In this document: one piece after another, positions 1 to 9,577 of the stretch
How positions within the stretch are numbered: position 1 is the first letter of the stretch
How the letters are laid out: every line of letters begins with the position of its first letter
From: Thermostichus sp. DRC_bins_24
GTDB lineage: Bacteria > Cyanobacteriota > Cyanobacteriia > Thermostichales > Thermostichaceae
Reading direction: 5' to 3'
DNA length: 38,710 nucleotides
NCBI GenBank assembly: GCA_039794845.1
Contig: JAUQVK010000079.1
Span: 1 to 38,710 of the forward strand
Translations under genes and position numbers: made by a program
Notes under the pieces: model-generated
What the model was told of the DNA's origin: nothing
Databases searched by the model: none
The model's input: only the letters and a program-made list of their open reading frames with translations

Positions 1-112
1 ACAGCAACAGGCCGGACCAGCCGATGAAGACAAATCTGTCGCGTTTGAGCCAGTCATCGACGATGTCGAACCATCCTCGCTCCTGACGCACGCGTCCTAC
101 CGCTATGGTCAT
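1..112 (-). CDS. psbD: Photosystem II D2 protein, 5' end only (runs off the window)
   Basis: Not in the ORF track. The reverse complement from 112 reads [37 protein letters not shown], the canonical D2 N-terminus. GGAG Shine-Dalgarno at 121-124. Confidence 0.97.
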   Translation of the reverse strand, partial: MTIAVGRVRQERGWFDIVDDWLKRDRFVFIGWSGLLL

Positions 113-402
113 CTGGACTACTCCTGAAAACATCTAAATGATGAGGACGTTAATGAAAGTACAAAGTCCACTTTCTCTAAGCAAGAGCAGACCTAAGTAT
201 AAAGACTTAACTCAAGGGTCTCTTGCCTCAGTATCTTTGCACCCATCCCTCGGTGGAACCGAACGAGAACTCCCTGCAACAGGAGTTTTCAGTCACTCAG
301 CCCCTCACCGGTAGGGCAACCCAGACCTTGTAACAGCCTAGGAAGCCACCCAGGGGGTAATGGGCAAGCTTTACAACCGTAGGCATTACAATTTAGCCTA
401 TG

Positions 403-420
403 CCAGTAAAGACTTGTAAA
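403..420 (-). promoter_or_regulatory. Possible HLR1 (RpaB-binding) direct repeat between psbD and petM
   Basis: The minus strand reads TTTACAAG-TC-TTTACTGG, an imperfect match to (G/T)TTACA(T/A)(T/A)-N2-repeat, between two divergent photosynthesis genes. Confidence 0.35.
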
Positions 421-592
421 TTGCTTTCATTATAGGGGGCAGTTGCCGGATTCCATCAACCCCAAGACAGAGGTAGTTCTTTCTTCTTGGGGTTTGGGTT
501 TGGGGTACTACACCACTGCTGCGAAGGCACAAGACACAAGATCCGATATTCTGAGAAGACGATCCAACCCAATTGCTCCTTTAGAGGAACCC

Positions 593-700
593 ATGGCCAG
601 CGAGATCTTCACCATTGCCGGACTTTGTATTGTGCTCACCCTGCTGGGCTTGGCGCTTGGATACGGGATCCTCCGGGTAACCCAAGGCGGCGAGGAGTAG
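593..700 (+). CDS. petM: Cytochrome b6f subunit 7 (PetM)
   Basis: [35 protein letters not shown], a 35-aa single TM helix with the PetM pattern. GAGGA precedes the ATG at 593. Confidence 0.9.
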   Translation: MASEIFTIAGLCIVLTLLGLALGYGILRVTQGGEE

Positions 701-807
701 GGATCCCTCGGGTGAAACAAAGCGTGCCGCCCCCTAGGACGGTTGTCTGTTTCTGGCGCCGAATGCTGGATGCGGCCCAGGAGATGATGGCGTTATGAAG
801 ATTTGTT

Positions 808-1797
808 ATGAAGATTTGTATTGTTGGTGCCGGAGCTGTGGGGGGCTACTTGGCCCTATGTCTGGCTCGGGCCGGTTTCCCGGTGAGTGTGGTGGCGCGG
901 GGATCCCATTTGCAGGCGATCCGCAGCCAGGGGTTAAAGCTGATCCGCCACGGGGATCCGCCACAGACTTGGGTGGAATCCTTAACGGCCACCGATGATC
1001 TGGCTACCCTTGGCCCGCAGGATTTGTTGATTGTTACCGTCAAGGCCCATAGCTTGCCGGAGCTTGCCCCCCGGTTGGCCTCCCTGGGTGGCCCGGAGAC
1101 ACCGATTGTGATCGCCCAAAATGGCATTCCTTGGTGGTATTTCCGTCGGCACGGGGGAGAATTTGAAGGGCATTCCCTAGCAGCGGTGGATCCCAATGGG
1201 GTGATCGCTGCCCATTTGCCGATCGAGCGCATCATCGGCTGTGTGGTGTATATCGCCGTGCAGGTGGTGGAGCCAGGGGTGCTCTTGCATACGGGTGGGG
1301 GGCGCTACATTCTCGGTGAGCCGGATGGATCCCTGTCGGCCCGCCTGCAAACCGTGGCCCAAGTGTTTGAGCAGGCGGAGCTTCACACCACCCTCACCTC
1401 ACAAATTCGCACCGAGATCTGGCAGAAGCTCTGGGGCAATGCTGCCTTTAACCCGATCAGCGCCCTCACCCGCGCTGCTCAAGATGAGATGGCCCACTAC
1501 CCCCCCACCCGCAACCTGATCCGGGCCGTCATGCAAGAAACAGAGGCTGTGGCACAAGCCCTCGGGATCCGCTTGCCCATGACCTTGGATGAGCGGTTGG
1601 AAAACGCCACCCGGGTGGGATCCCATCGCACTTCCATGCTGCAGGATATTGAGCGGGGGCGACCGACGGAGATCGAGACGATTGTGGGGGCAATCACGGA
1701 ACTGGGCCGTTTGGTACGAGTGCCTACTCCCCATTTGGATACCCTGTATGCCTGTGTGAAGTTGCTGGAGCGTTCCCGTTACACAGAGCTTCCTTAA
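808..1797 (+). CDS. panE: 2-dehydropantoate 2-reductase (ketopantoate reductase family)
   Basis: MKICIVGAGAVGG Rossmann motif, QNG motif, WQKLWGNAAFNP and TSMLQD...RPTEIE motifs of the ApbA/PanE family. Confidence 0.8.
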   Translation: MKICIVGAGAVGGYLALCLARAGFPVSVVARGSHLQAIRSQGLKLIRHGDPPQTWVESLTATDDLATLGPQDLLIVTVKAHSLPELAPRLASLGGPETPIVIAQNGIPWWYFRRHGGEFEGHSLAAVDPNGVIAAHLPIERIIGCVVYIAVQVVEPGVLLHTGGGRYILGEPDGSLSARLQTVAQVFEQAELHTTLTSQIRTEIWQKLWGNAAFNPISALTRAAQDEMAHYPPTRNLIRAVMQETEAVAQALGIRLPMTLDERLENATRVGSHRTSMLQDIERGRPTEIETIVGAITELGRLVRVPTPHLDTLYACVKLLERSRYTELP

Positions 1798-1858
1798 GCC
1801 AGAGGGGATCGGATCCCTTCTCATTAAGATTGGCGGTGTGGTTGCTTTTCGAGGACTC

Positions 1859-2623
1859 ATGATCCCAAACCCCGTTGTGCTGATTACCGGAGCCAGTAGC
1901 GGTATCGGGGCAGCCTGTGCCACCCTCTTTGCCCGCTCTGGAGCCAGACTGATCCTGGCGGCGCGTCGTCAAGATCGGCTACAGGAATTGGCGCTGGATT
2001 TGCAGCAGGCGTATGGCACTCAACCCTACCTATTGGCTTTGGATGTGCGGGATAGGGCCGAAGTGCAACGGGCCATACAGGCTTTGCCGCCCCAGTGGGC
2101 TGCCATCGACATCTTGATCAACAATGCGGGCCTCAGCCGCGGTTTGGACAAGCTCTATACCGGCGATTTGCAAGACTGGGAAGAGATGATCGACACCAAC
2201 CTCAAGGGGTTGCTTTACGTTACCCGTACGGTTCTGCCCGGTATGGTGGAGCGAGGTCGGGGTCATGTGGTGAATATCGGTTCCATCGCCGGTCGGCAAA
2301 CCTATCCTGGCGGCAATGTTTACTGTGCTTCCAAGGCAGCGGTGCGAGCCCTTTCCGAAGGGCTGAAACTGGATTTGCTGGGCACCCCCATTCGCGTCAC
2401 CGAGATCCAGCCGGGCATGGTGGAAACCGAGTTTAGCGAAGTCCGCTTCCATGGGGATCACGCTCGTGCAGCGGCGGTGTATCAGGGCCTCACCCCCCTG
2501 ACAGCAATGGATGTAGCGGAGGTGGTGGTGTTTGCGGCAACCCGCCCCCCCCACGTGAATATCAGCGAGGTTTTGCTCCTGCCCACCGACCAAGCCAGCA
2601 CCACGTTGGTGCATCGTCGGTAA
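1859..2623 (+). CDS. SDR oxidoreductase, YdfG-like NADP-dependent 3-hydroxyacid dehydrogenase
   Basis: TGASSGIG, NNAG, YCASK catalytic motif and PGMVETEFS. ATG at 1859 follows GAGGA. Confidence 0.88.
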   Translation: MIPNPVVLITGASSGIGAACATLFARSGARLILAARRQDRLQELALDLQQAYGTQPYLLALDVRDRAEVQRAIQALPPQWAAIDILINNAGLSRGLDKLYTGDLQDWEEMIDTNLKGLLYVTRTVLPGMVERGRGHVVNIGSIAGRQTYPGGNVYCASKAAVRALSEGLKLDLLGTPIRVTEIQPGMVETEFSEVRFHGDHARAAAVYQGLTPLTAMDVAEVVVFAATRPPHVNISEVLLLPTDQASTTLVHRR

Positions 2624-2651
2624 AAAGAGGATTTTCCTGCAAAAGCGATCG

Positions 2652-3956
2652 GTGCCCATTGACTGGGCGACAATGGCGGCACAGGGTGTGGGTAGGAATG
2701 GATTGGAAACCGGGATCCTGATCGGGTTGGGAGTCGGGCTGTTGTGCGCTCTGGTTCTGCTGTGGCAAAGTCGGCGCCGCTTCAGACGCGAATTGCAACG
2801 GCTGGGATCCCTGGTGCATCTGGCTATGCCCCTCCGCTCCCCAGAACAGATGCTCAGCCTGCTCAGCCGCCACCTTCGTCAACAGGAACTGGATTGGGCC
2901 GGCCAAAAACAGCAACTGCAAGATTGGCAATATCTCAGCCAGCGCCTGCCCTGGGGGTATCTGCGGGTGGATGAAAACAACGTGGTGCTGGAGTGTAACC
3001 CTGCCGCCCAGCGTCTGTTGCGCATCGGCCAATGGCAACCGGGCATTAAGCTGTTGCTGGAATGGGTGCGCTCCTACGAATTGGATCAGCTGATCGAGGC
3101 CACCCGTCGACAGGAAGTCGCCACCCTCACCGAAAGCTGTGAATGGATTTTTTACCCTTCTGGGGGGGATGGCAAACCGATTCCGCTACGGGGTTGGGGG
3201 CTGCCGCTGCCGCAGGGGCATGTGGCCATCTTTCTGGAGGATCGGTTGGAGGCAAAAATGCTGGCGCAACAACGGGATCGCTGGGCTTCTGATGTGGCCC
3301 ATGAGCTCAAAACCCCGCTTACCTCCATTCGCTTGCTGGCAGAAACCCTACAGAGCCGAGTTGATGCAGCTCAAGCCGTTTGGGTGGAACGATTGCTCAA
3401 CGAAACACTGCGCCTGAGCCATTTGGTTCAGGATTTACTAGAACTCAGTGCCCTTAATTTGGGAGCGGGATCCCGTTTGCAACTGCGTTCGGTGGATCTG
3501 GCCATTTTGGTGCGAGAAGCCTGGCAAAGTCTGGAGCCACTGGCTAAGCTCCGCCATCAAGAATTGCACCTGAGTGGAGCGCGGCAAGCCTATCTTTGGG
3601 GAGATGAACAACGTCTGTACCGTCTGATCTTGAACTTGTTGGACAACGCCATCAAGTATGGCAAGCCCGACTCCCCTATCCATGTGGTGCTATCGGAGGG
3701 CGGATCCCAAGTGGGGTTAGAGGTGTACGATCACGGCCCTGGCCTGCCAGAAGATCAATTTGAGTCGGTATTTCAGCCCTTTTACCGCACCGATACCGCA
3801 CGGGCTCGCAGCAAAGGGGGAACGGGCTTGGGTTTGGCAATTGTGCGACAAATTGTTGAGGCCCATGGGGGCACGGTGCAACTGCGCAATCACCCGCAGA
3901 CGGGTGGGCTTTGGATTCAGGTGGAACTCCCCCAAAAGCGATTGGATCCCACCTGA
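2652..3956 (+). CDS. sphS: Sensor histidine kinase, PhoR/SphS-like (start may be ATG 2673)
   Basis: N-terminal TM segment, PAS-like region with VRSYELDQLIE, H-box SDVAHELKTPLTSI, N-box NLLDNAIKY, and G-boxes DHGPG and GTGLGLAI. Confidence 0.75.
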   Translation: MPIDWATMAAQGVGRNGLETGILIGLGVGLLCALVLLWQSRRRFRRELQRLGSLVHLAMPLRSPEQMLSLLSRHLRQQELDWAGQKQQLQDWQYLSQRLPWGYLRVDENNVVLECNPAAQRLLRIGQWQPGIKLLLEWVRSYELDQLIEATRRQEVATLTESCEWIFYPSGGDGKPIPLRGWGLPLPQGHVAIFLEDRLEAKMLAQQRDRWASDVAHELKTPLTSIRLLAETLQSRVDAAQAVWVERLLNETLRLSHLVQDLLELSALNLGAGSRLQLRSVDLAILVREAWQSLEPLAKLRHQELHLSGARQAYLWGDEQRLYRLILNLLDNAIKYGKPDSPIHVVLSEGGSQVGLEVYDHGPGLPEDQFESVFQPFYRTDTARARSKGGTGLGLAIVRQIVEAHGGTVQLRNHPQTGGLWIQVELPQKRLDPT

Positions 3957-4095
3957 ACCGGTCAGCCCAGCCCTCTGAACGGGAGTCCATCCCGAATCCG
4001 CCCGGGATCTTCCCCTTTCAGGGCTATCCATCTCGCGAGGGATCCCCTAAAATTGGACTAGGTAATCCTTACAATCCACCCTACAGGCATCCGGA

Positions 4096-4359
4096 ATGGG
4101 CACCCACTATCATTCCGCTGATTTGTTGTCGGAACGCGAATTGCAGGTCATCGAGTTAATCGCGGCAGGCATGACCAATCAAGACATCGCGGAACACTTG
4201 GAGATTAGCAAGCGCACCGTCGACAACCACATCAGCAACATTTTGAGTAAAACCCGAACCACAAATCGAGTTGCCCTAGTCCGCTGGGCTTTGCAATGGG
4301 GCAAAGTCTGTTTGGATGAAGTGAACTGTTGTACTTTGGCCAACGATAGAATTGCCTAA
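4096..4359 (+). CDS. pedR: Small LuxR-type redox-responsive regulator PedR
   Basis: LuxR HTH (LSERELQV...ISKRTVDNHISNIL) followed by RWALQWGKVCLDEVNCC with the C-terminal cysteines typical of PedR. Confidence 0.85.
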   Translation: MGTHYHSADLLSERELQVIELIAAGMTNQDIAEHLEISKRTVDNHISNILSKTRTTNRVALVRWALQWGKVCLDEVNCCTLANDRIA

Positions 4360-4452
4360 TTCCGATTGTAATCCCGACTGTATTTCGTCAATCGCTAGCA
4401 TTATTCTCTGGGCCTTCCTACGCTTACCAACCCGGAAACTTTGTGAGTTAGG

Positions 4453-4731
4453 TTGATTGGATTGCCACCCGTGAACCTCTCTGAATTGAAATGTTATGCT
4501 GTGCGTTACGATGCTATGCCCCTGATGGTTTACCGGGAGTTAGCTGCTCATTTGGAATGCATTGCAGGTGTAAGGACTGAACTGGAATGGAACAAAAGCT
4601 CCATCTTCCGCTACTCGGACAGCCAAATTGAAGCTCTGCGAATTTGTCAAGATCCTGATGCGGATGTAGAGCAGGTTAAGCGTATTCTTGACCATTACGG
4701 AGCATGGCAATATAGCCCTCTCGAGAGCTAG
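4453..4731 (+). CDS. Conserved cyanobacterial hypothetical protein downstream of pedR (start may be GTG 4471)
   Basis: PLMVYRELAAHL...FRYSDSQI motif; co-oriented with pedR. Confidence 0.65.
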   Translation: MIGLPPVNLSELKCYAVRYDAMPLMVYRELAAHLECIAGVRTELEWNKSSIFRYSDSQIEALRICQDPDADVEQVKRILDHYGAWQYSPLES

Positions 4732-4741
4732 CTCTCTGCAT

Positions 4742-4918
4742 TACAGCCCTTTACGCCTAGGGCACGCTGGCGCGTTCGCCCACCATAGGGCACCGCGAGT
4801 CATGTGTAACAACTATGGAAGTTGAGTTCTAACCTCTGGGGGGCTAGCCCTCCGGGCCCCGCGAAAGCGGGAGCAGGAAGCACAAGCCCTGTCCTGGAAG
4901 ACCCGCGTAAGGGCTGTA
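4742..4918 (+). mobile_element. TA-flanked MITE-like element, copy A, carrying nested inserts
   Basis: Ends TA-CAGCCCTT...AAGGGCTG-TA. The core (AGTCA.GTGTAACAAC..TGGAAGTTGAG...AGGAA.CACAA.CCCTG...ACCCGCG.AAGGGCTG) is shared with copies at 15528, 20134 and 23885. Confidence 0.85.
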
Positions 4919-5376
4919 CTCCTCACTAAAGCTTTGGCGCTGACTCAAGTAACGGATTTCCTGCAAAAGAATATTGAAGCGTTGATCTGATTCTTCTTGA
5001 CGTTGTAAAAACTGTTCCAGTCGCCGTTCATATTCCAGTTGTCTTTAGCCTGCTGAGCTTGTGTTGAGGCTAACCTTTCTAGGATCTGCTCCTGACACTC
5101 TTGACCTGCCGCAATAGACCGCAATACAGCATCTTGCCCTTCCAAAATCTCTTGCTGTCTGGTCTGCACAATTTGGAGCTGTTGGATTGATGTGGTTACC
5201 ACTCCTGCCCGCTTCCTGCCCGCTCAGCAAAATGAACCAGGTCGAGTCTCGCTCACCACCTGACGCAGCGTGTCCAATCCTTGAGTCAGTTGACCAAATC
5301 GCCGATTCAGTTTCTCATCTGTCATCTGATCCATCTCCACAAGGCTCCTGTATGTTACCTTAACGGTCTCAGTCAT
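4919..5376 (-). pseudogene. Frameshifted coiled-coil protein gene
   Basis: Pieces MTDEKLNRRFGQLTQGLDTLRQVV / VTTSIQQLQIVQTRQQEILEG / QLEYERRLEQFLQRQEESDQRFNILLQEIRYLSQRQSFSEE are broken by a stop, an 11-bp duplication (5203-5224) and a frameshift. The last piece runs into MITE copy A. Confidence 0.7.
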
Positions 5377-5442
5377 ATGCCTGATCCTGATATCCAAAGC
5401 CGGATTGTCAGCAGAGCCGGGAAAATATATATAGATCTCCAT

Positions 5443-5473
5443 AAAAGTAAGGATCCCCGCAGAAGAGGATCCC
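5443..5473 (-). terminator. Putative intrinsic terminator of desC
   Basis: The minus strand reads GGGATCCTC-TTCTGC-GGGGATCCT followed by TACTTTT, about 48 nt after the desC stop. Confidence 0.55.
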
Positions 5474-5520
5474 TCAATTGTTTTCTCTGAAATTTCTGAA
5501 ATAAAAGCAGCTCAATCAGT

Positions 5521-6405
5521 TCAGCGAACGGCTTGAGCTTGATCCGGCAGGTGTAACTTACGGGCCAAGCCCAATCGTGCCAATACCCAAATGACCCAGT
5601 AGGTCATATCGATTTCCCACCAGCGCAAGCCCGCTTTCACACATTTCGGATCGGCATGATGATTGTTGTGCCAACCTTCACCGTAGGTGAGAATGGCAGC
5701 CCACCATAGGTTACGGGCATTGTCGTCGCTTTCAAAGGTACGGTAACCCCAGAAGTGGCTCGCAGAGTTGATCAGCCAGGTGCAGTGCAGCAGCACCACC
5801 GACCGTACAAAGATGCCGTAGATCACAAATGACCACCCGCCCATCAGGTAAAGCACCGCCGCCAGAGGTAGCTGCAAGAGTAGGGCATACCGATCGAGCC
5901 AGCGGTAGAAGGGATCCCGAGCCAAATCCGGGGCAAATGCGGCGTATTTCTCAGGGTTAAAGAACTCCTCGCGATGGTAGATTAGCCAGAGTATGTGGCT
6001 CCACCAAAAGCCCTTACGGGCAGAATAGGGATCCTTTCGCTCATCTTCCGTAAAAGCGTGATGCTGGCGATGGCCACCAACCCAAAAGATCGGCCCCCCC
6101 TGAATGGCCAGAGCACCCAAAATGGCAAAGACATACTCTAACCATTTGGGCACTTGAAAACTGCGATGGCTAAGGAGGCGGTGATAACCCAGGCAAATGC
6201 CCAAGCTGCCAAAACACCAGTGGAGAAATAGGGCTAACCCCAGAGCAGACCAAGAGAAACAGGCAATTCCTCCCACCAAGGCCACCCCATGAAAGATGGC
6301 AAAAAAGAGGAAATGTTCCCACGCAAACCGCAGCTCCTCCTGCGGCTGGGGCTGAGCCAAGGGAGCGGAATTATTCAGCAATTTCGGAGGAGGGTAAACG
6401 GCCAT
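5521..6405 (-). CDS. desC: Delta-9 acyl-lipid desaturase
   Basis: His boxes YHRLLSHRSF, GGHRQHH and GEGWHNNHH, plus WWEIDMTY. Confidence 0.9.
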   Translation of the reverse strand: MAVYPPPKLLNNSAPLAQPQPQEELRFAWEHFLFFAIFHGVALVGGIACFSWSALGLALFLHWCFGSLGICLGYHRLLSHRSFQVPKWLEYVFAILGALAIQGGPIFWVGGHRQHHAFTEDERKDPYSARKGFWWSHILWLIYHREEFFNPEKYAAFAPDLARDPFYRWLDRYALLLQLPLAAVLYLMGGWSFVIYGIFVRSVVLLHCTWLINSASHFWGYRTFESDDNARNLWWAAILTYGEGWHNNHHADPKCVKAGLRWWEIDMTYWVIWVLARLGLARKLHLPDQAQAVR

Positions 6406-6635
6406 GAACCAACAGAACCTCAGAAGAAAAGGAAGTTAGAACCAAGTTGCTCAGCAAAGAGTGCTGAATCGCGGTGACTCAGCACACAACACCGAAGGCA
6501 CTGACAGAGACCACGGTGCCTCGCCACAGCGCGCCCCAGTGAGGAAATGAGCCAGAAAGAAAGCAGAAAACAGCAAACAGAGTTCTGCTAGCGTGATCTT
6601 GCTTGACATTCAGCCTAACGATATTCCACCGTCAA

Positions 6636-6652
6636 TGCAAGCGTTACTTGCA
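6636..6652. promoter_or_regulatory. Inverted repeat, candidate TetR operator
   Basis: TGCAAG-CGTTA-CTTGCA lies between divergent desC and tetR. It overlaps a possible minus-strand promoter TTGCAT-N17-TAGGCT. Confidence 0.5.
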
Positions 6653-6702
6653 GCTTGTCGCCTTTCTTTTTAGAGTCCTTTCTTTTTAGAGTTTTTTCTC
6701 CC

Positions 6703-7347
6703 ATGGCTCATTTATCTTCTCGGCAACGGCTGCTCAATGCAGCCCGTGAGCTGTTCGTCCGCCAGGGTATTACCCAGACCACCACCCGCCAGATTGCGGA
6801 TTTGGCTGGGGTGAATGAAGTCACCCTGTTTCGGCACTTCGGCACCAAGCAGGGGTTGCTGTTGGCGGTGTTTGGAGAACTGGGGGTGTTTTCCGGTATT
6901 GCCGATCTTCCGCTGGCGGCGGATCCCTCCACGGCGCAAACCTCTGGACTGCAGGCCATCTTGATGAACTACGTCCACAACTGTTTTCGGGCTTTGGCGG
7001 AGAATCCGGAGCTGGTGCGCTCGCTGGTTGGGGAGGCCGGTCTTTACTCTGAAGAACATCGTCGCGCCCTACGGCAGGGGTTTTCCCAAGCGCAGGAACA
7101 GTTGACGGCGTATTTGCGGCAATTTCCCAACTCAGAAATACGGGAGACGGATCCCCATCGCCTGCGCTCTGCCGTCGGGGTATTACACCTGATGATCTTG
7201 GGGGCAGCGGTATTGGCGGTAACTGCCAAGCTGCCCTCTGACCTCGGGGATCCCTCGGCACCATCCGCTGAAGAAGACAGAGGGATCCCACCCCTGTTGC
7301 GGGCTTGTGTAGAGCTGTGGATGACAGGTATGACAGGTATGCAGTGA
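6703..7347 (+). CDS. TetR/AcrR family regulator
   Basis: RQRLLNAARELFVRQGITQTTTRQIADLAGVNEVTLFRHFGTKQGLL TetR HTH; ATG at 6703. Confidence 0.9.
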   Translation: MAHLSSRQRLLNAARELFVRQGITQTTTRQIADLAGVNEVTLFRHFGTKQGLLLAVFGELGVFSGIADLPLAADPSTAQTSGLQAILMNYVHNCFRALAENPELVRSLVGEAGLYSEEHRRALRQGFSQAQEQLTAYLRQFPNSEIRETDPHRLRSAVGVLHLMILGAAVLAVTAKLPSDLGDPSAPSAEEDRGIPPLLRACVELWMTGMTGMQ

Positions 7348-7414
7348 GCTCCGCCACTGCCTGTGGCGGTAGAAGGAAGACGAAGAAAAAAAGAGGATAA
7401 TGAAAAAAAATAAA

Positions 7415-7926
7415 GAAAAGAAGGGAGGTTGTAAGCCGGGTTCTGTAATGCGGGAAGAACTCCGCCCTTTTCAGCCCTTTTCAAAGGATGCCAGGGCAAG
7501 TCCCCTTCGCATTGGCGATCATCTATCTGGGAGCGATGTTACCATCACCCTCTTTTGACCCATACTCTGGATCAGCTTGCGGCGCACCATCACCGAGAAC
7601 ACCCTTCCCCAACTGGGTACCGTGATCTCGGTGCAGCCAACAGCGGCGAAGAACAGCCCTAATCCTGTCGGCTGCGGCCTTGCTTTCCACCGGGGTTTAC
7701 CGAGCCAACGCCTCTCGACGCTGCTGGTGGGCTCTTACCCCACCTTTGCACCCTTACCTGTGCTGGGATCCCAGCCATCGGCGGTATGTTTCTGTGGCAC
7801 TGTCCTCACGGTTGCCCGCACTGGGAGTTTCCCCAGCGGTGTGTTCTTCTGAAAGCCCGGACTTTCCTCATCCTGCTGTCTGGTGGCGACAGCCAAGACG
7901 CGACCGCCTGCCCCTCCCCTCTCTTC
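7415..7926 (-). ncRNA. rnpB: RNase P RNA, type A, ~512 nt
   Basis: The minus strand has GAGGAAAGTCCGGGC, AGTGCCACAGAAA, GGTAAACCCC..GAAAGCAAGG and ACAGAACCCGGCTTA. A 14-bp P1 (GAAGAGAGGGGAGG / CCTCCCTTCTTTTC) defines the ends. Confidence 0.96.
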
Positions 7927-8036
7927 AGGTTGATCCTACTCCATCCCGATTGCCTCTGAGGGTGGTCGAGCTCCCAGACGGAGGCAAGAGCTTGTGAGAG
8001 GCAATCGGAGATGATGAAGAAACATCTGCCAGGCCC

Positions 8037-9431
8037 TTGACCTTGCAAGCCATGGATCCGACCGCGCCCCTAGCCGATACGATTGTGGCCATTGCCACCG
8101 CAGTGGTACCCGAACAGGGCAGTGTTGGGATCGTACGCCTTTCGGGATCCCGAGCATTGCCGATTGCCCAAGCCCTGTTTCGCCCCGCTCGCCCCCAGCA
8201 CCCCTGGAGCAGCCATCAGATGATCTATGGCTGGATCCAGGACGAAAAGGGGCAAACCCTGGACGAAGCTCTGGTGGTATGGATGCAAGCACCCCGCTCC
8301 TACACCCGCGAGGATGTGGTGGAGTTCCATTGTCATGGGGGAATCATGGTGGTGCAAGCAGTACTGCAGCAGTGTTTGCGCCAGGGATCCCGTCTGGCCC
8401 AACCGGGAGAGTTTAGCCTACGCGCCTTTTTGAATGGGCGGATTGATCTCACCCAAGCCGAAAGTGTGGCGGATCTGGTGGCGGCTCGGTCTCCACAGGC
8501 GGCCCAAATGGCTCTGGCGGGGCTGCAGGGCAAGTTGGCGGGGGCCATTCGTTCGCTGCGGCAGGAGTTGCTGAGTTTGTTGGCAGAGATTGAGGCCCGC
8601 ATCGACTTTGAAGAGGATCTGCCCCCTTTGGATATCCCCACCTGGCAGGGCCAACTGCAAGCGGCCCAGGCTCAGATCCAAACCCTGCTGGCCACGGCAG
8701 AACGGGGGCAGCTGTTGCGAACCGGCCTGAAAATTGCCATTATCGGACGACCCAATGTGGGCAAATCCAGCCTGCTCAACGCCTGGTCAGGTCAGGATCG
8801 GGCCATCGTCACCGAGCTACCGGGCACAACCCGCGATGTGGTGGAGTCCCATTTAGTGGTGCGAGGGATCCCGGTGCAACTGCTGGATACGGCTGGCATC
8901 CGGGATACCGAGGATCCGGTGGAACGGCTGGGGGTAGAGCGCTCCACCCGTCTGGCCCAAGCAGCCGATGTGTTGGTGTTGGTGATCGATGCGCAAGCGG
9001 GTTGGACAGAGGCAGATGCGGCCATCTACCATTCCGTTCGCCATCGCCCCCTGATCCTGGTGGTTAACAAAACCGATCTTGCTCCCCTCGAAGGGATCCC
9101 GCTGCCCCCTGAAATTACCCATCGCATTCCGGCCATTGCCGCTCGAGGGGAAGGGATCCCTGCCCTGGAAGCCGCTGTCGAACAGCTCGCCGGCCAAGGT
9201 CGCCCCCAGCCCAACCTGGAGGTGAGCCTCAACCAACGGCAAGCCGCCGCTCTTCTCCAAGCCCAAGCCAGCCTCGAACAGGTGCAGCAGGCCATCCAAG
9301 ATCAGCTCCCCCTGGACTTCTGGACGATCGACCTGCGTGCCGCTCTGCGCGCCCTCGGACAAATCACCGGCGAAGAACTCTCAGAATCGGTGTTGGATCA
9401 GATCTTCAGCCGCTTCTGTATCGGCAAATAG
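8037..9431 (+). CDS. mnmE: tRNA modification GTPase MnmE (start may be ATG 8052)
   Basis: [34 protein letters not shown] motifs and C-terminal FSRFCIGK. Confidence 0.97.
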   Translation: MTLQAMDPTAPLADTIVAIATAVVPEQGSVGIVRLSGSRALPIAQALFRPARPQHPWSSHQMIYGWIQDEKGQTLDEALVVWMQAPRSYTREDVVEFHCHGGIMVVQAVLQQCLRQGSRLAQPGEFSLRAFLNGRIDLTQAESVADLVAARSPQAAQMALAGLQGKLAGAIRSLRQELLSLLAEIEARIDFEEDLPPLDIPTWQGQLQAAQAQIQTLLATAERGQLLRTGLKIAIIGRPNVGKSSLLNAWSGQDRAIVTELPGTTRDVVESHLVVRGIPVQLLDTAGIRDTEDPVERLGVERSTRLAQAADVLVLVIDAQAGWTEADAAIYHSVRHRPLILVVNKTDLAPLEGIPLPPEITHRIPAIAARGEGIPALEAAVEQLAGQGRPQPNLEVSLNQRQAAALLQAQASLEQVQQAIQDQLPLDFWTIDLRAALRALGQITGEELSESVLDQIFSRFCIGK

Positions 9432-9445
9432 AGTCCTTAGGCTAC

Positions 9446-9477
9446 AACTCATACTCATTATGAGTTTGTGCTATGAT
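9446..9477 (+). promoter_or_regulatory. dps promoter with a Fur/PerR-like inverted repeat
   Basis: AACTCATA-CTCAT-TATGAGTT (core TCATACT-C-ATTATGA, 7-1-7) sits immediately upstream of an extended -10 TG-C-TATGAT. Confidence 0.5.
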
Positions 9478-9577
9478 GTTTTTAAATCGAGATTGGTAGG
9501 CTAAACCCCACAGAGGGTGGCTCCCGAAGCCGATGTTCGATATTCGATAATGGAAACCGATAGCTAGGAGGTTATTG

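Noticed and set aside
443..592. N-terminal extension of the 85-aa ORF 443-700
   Set aside because: Only the last 35 aa resemble PetM, and they have their own SD and ATG at 593.
4918..4927. ACTCCTCACT resembling the Yfr1 motif
   Set aside because: One mismatch, formed by the MITE end plus antisense SEE codons, with no flanking Yfr1 hairpins.
5224..5226. In-frame TGA joining two ORFs (readthrough or selenocysteine?)
   Set aside because: Adjacent to an 11-bp duplication and other frameshifts; gene decay explains it more simply.
7577..7997. ORFs overlapping 7577-7997
   Set aside because: Shadow ORFs of the rnpB gene.
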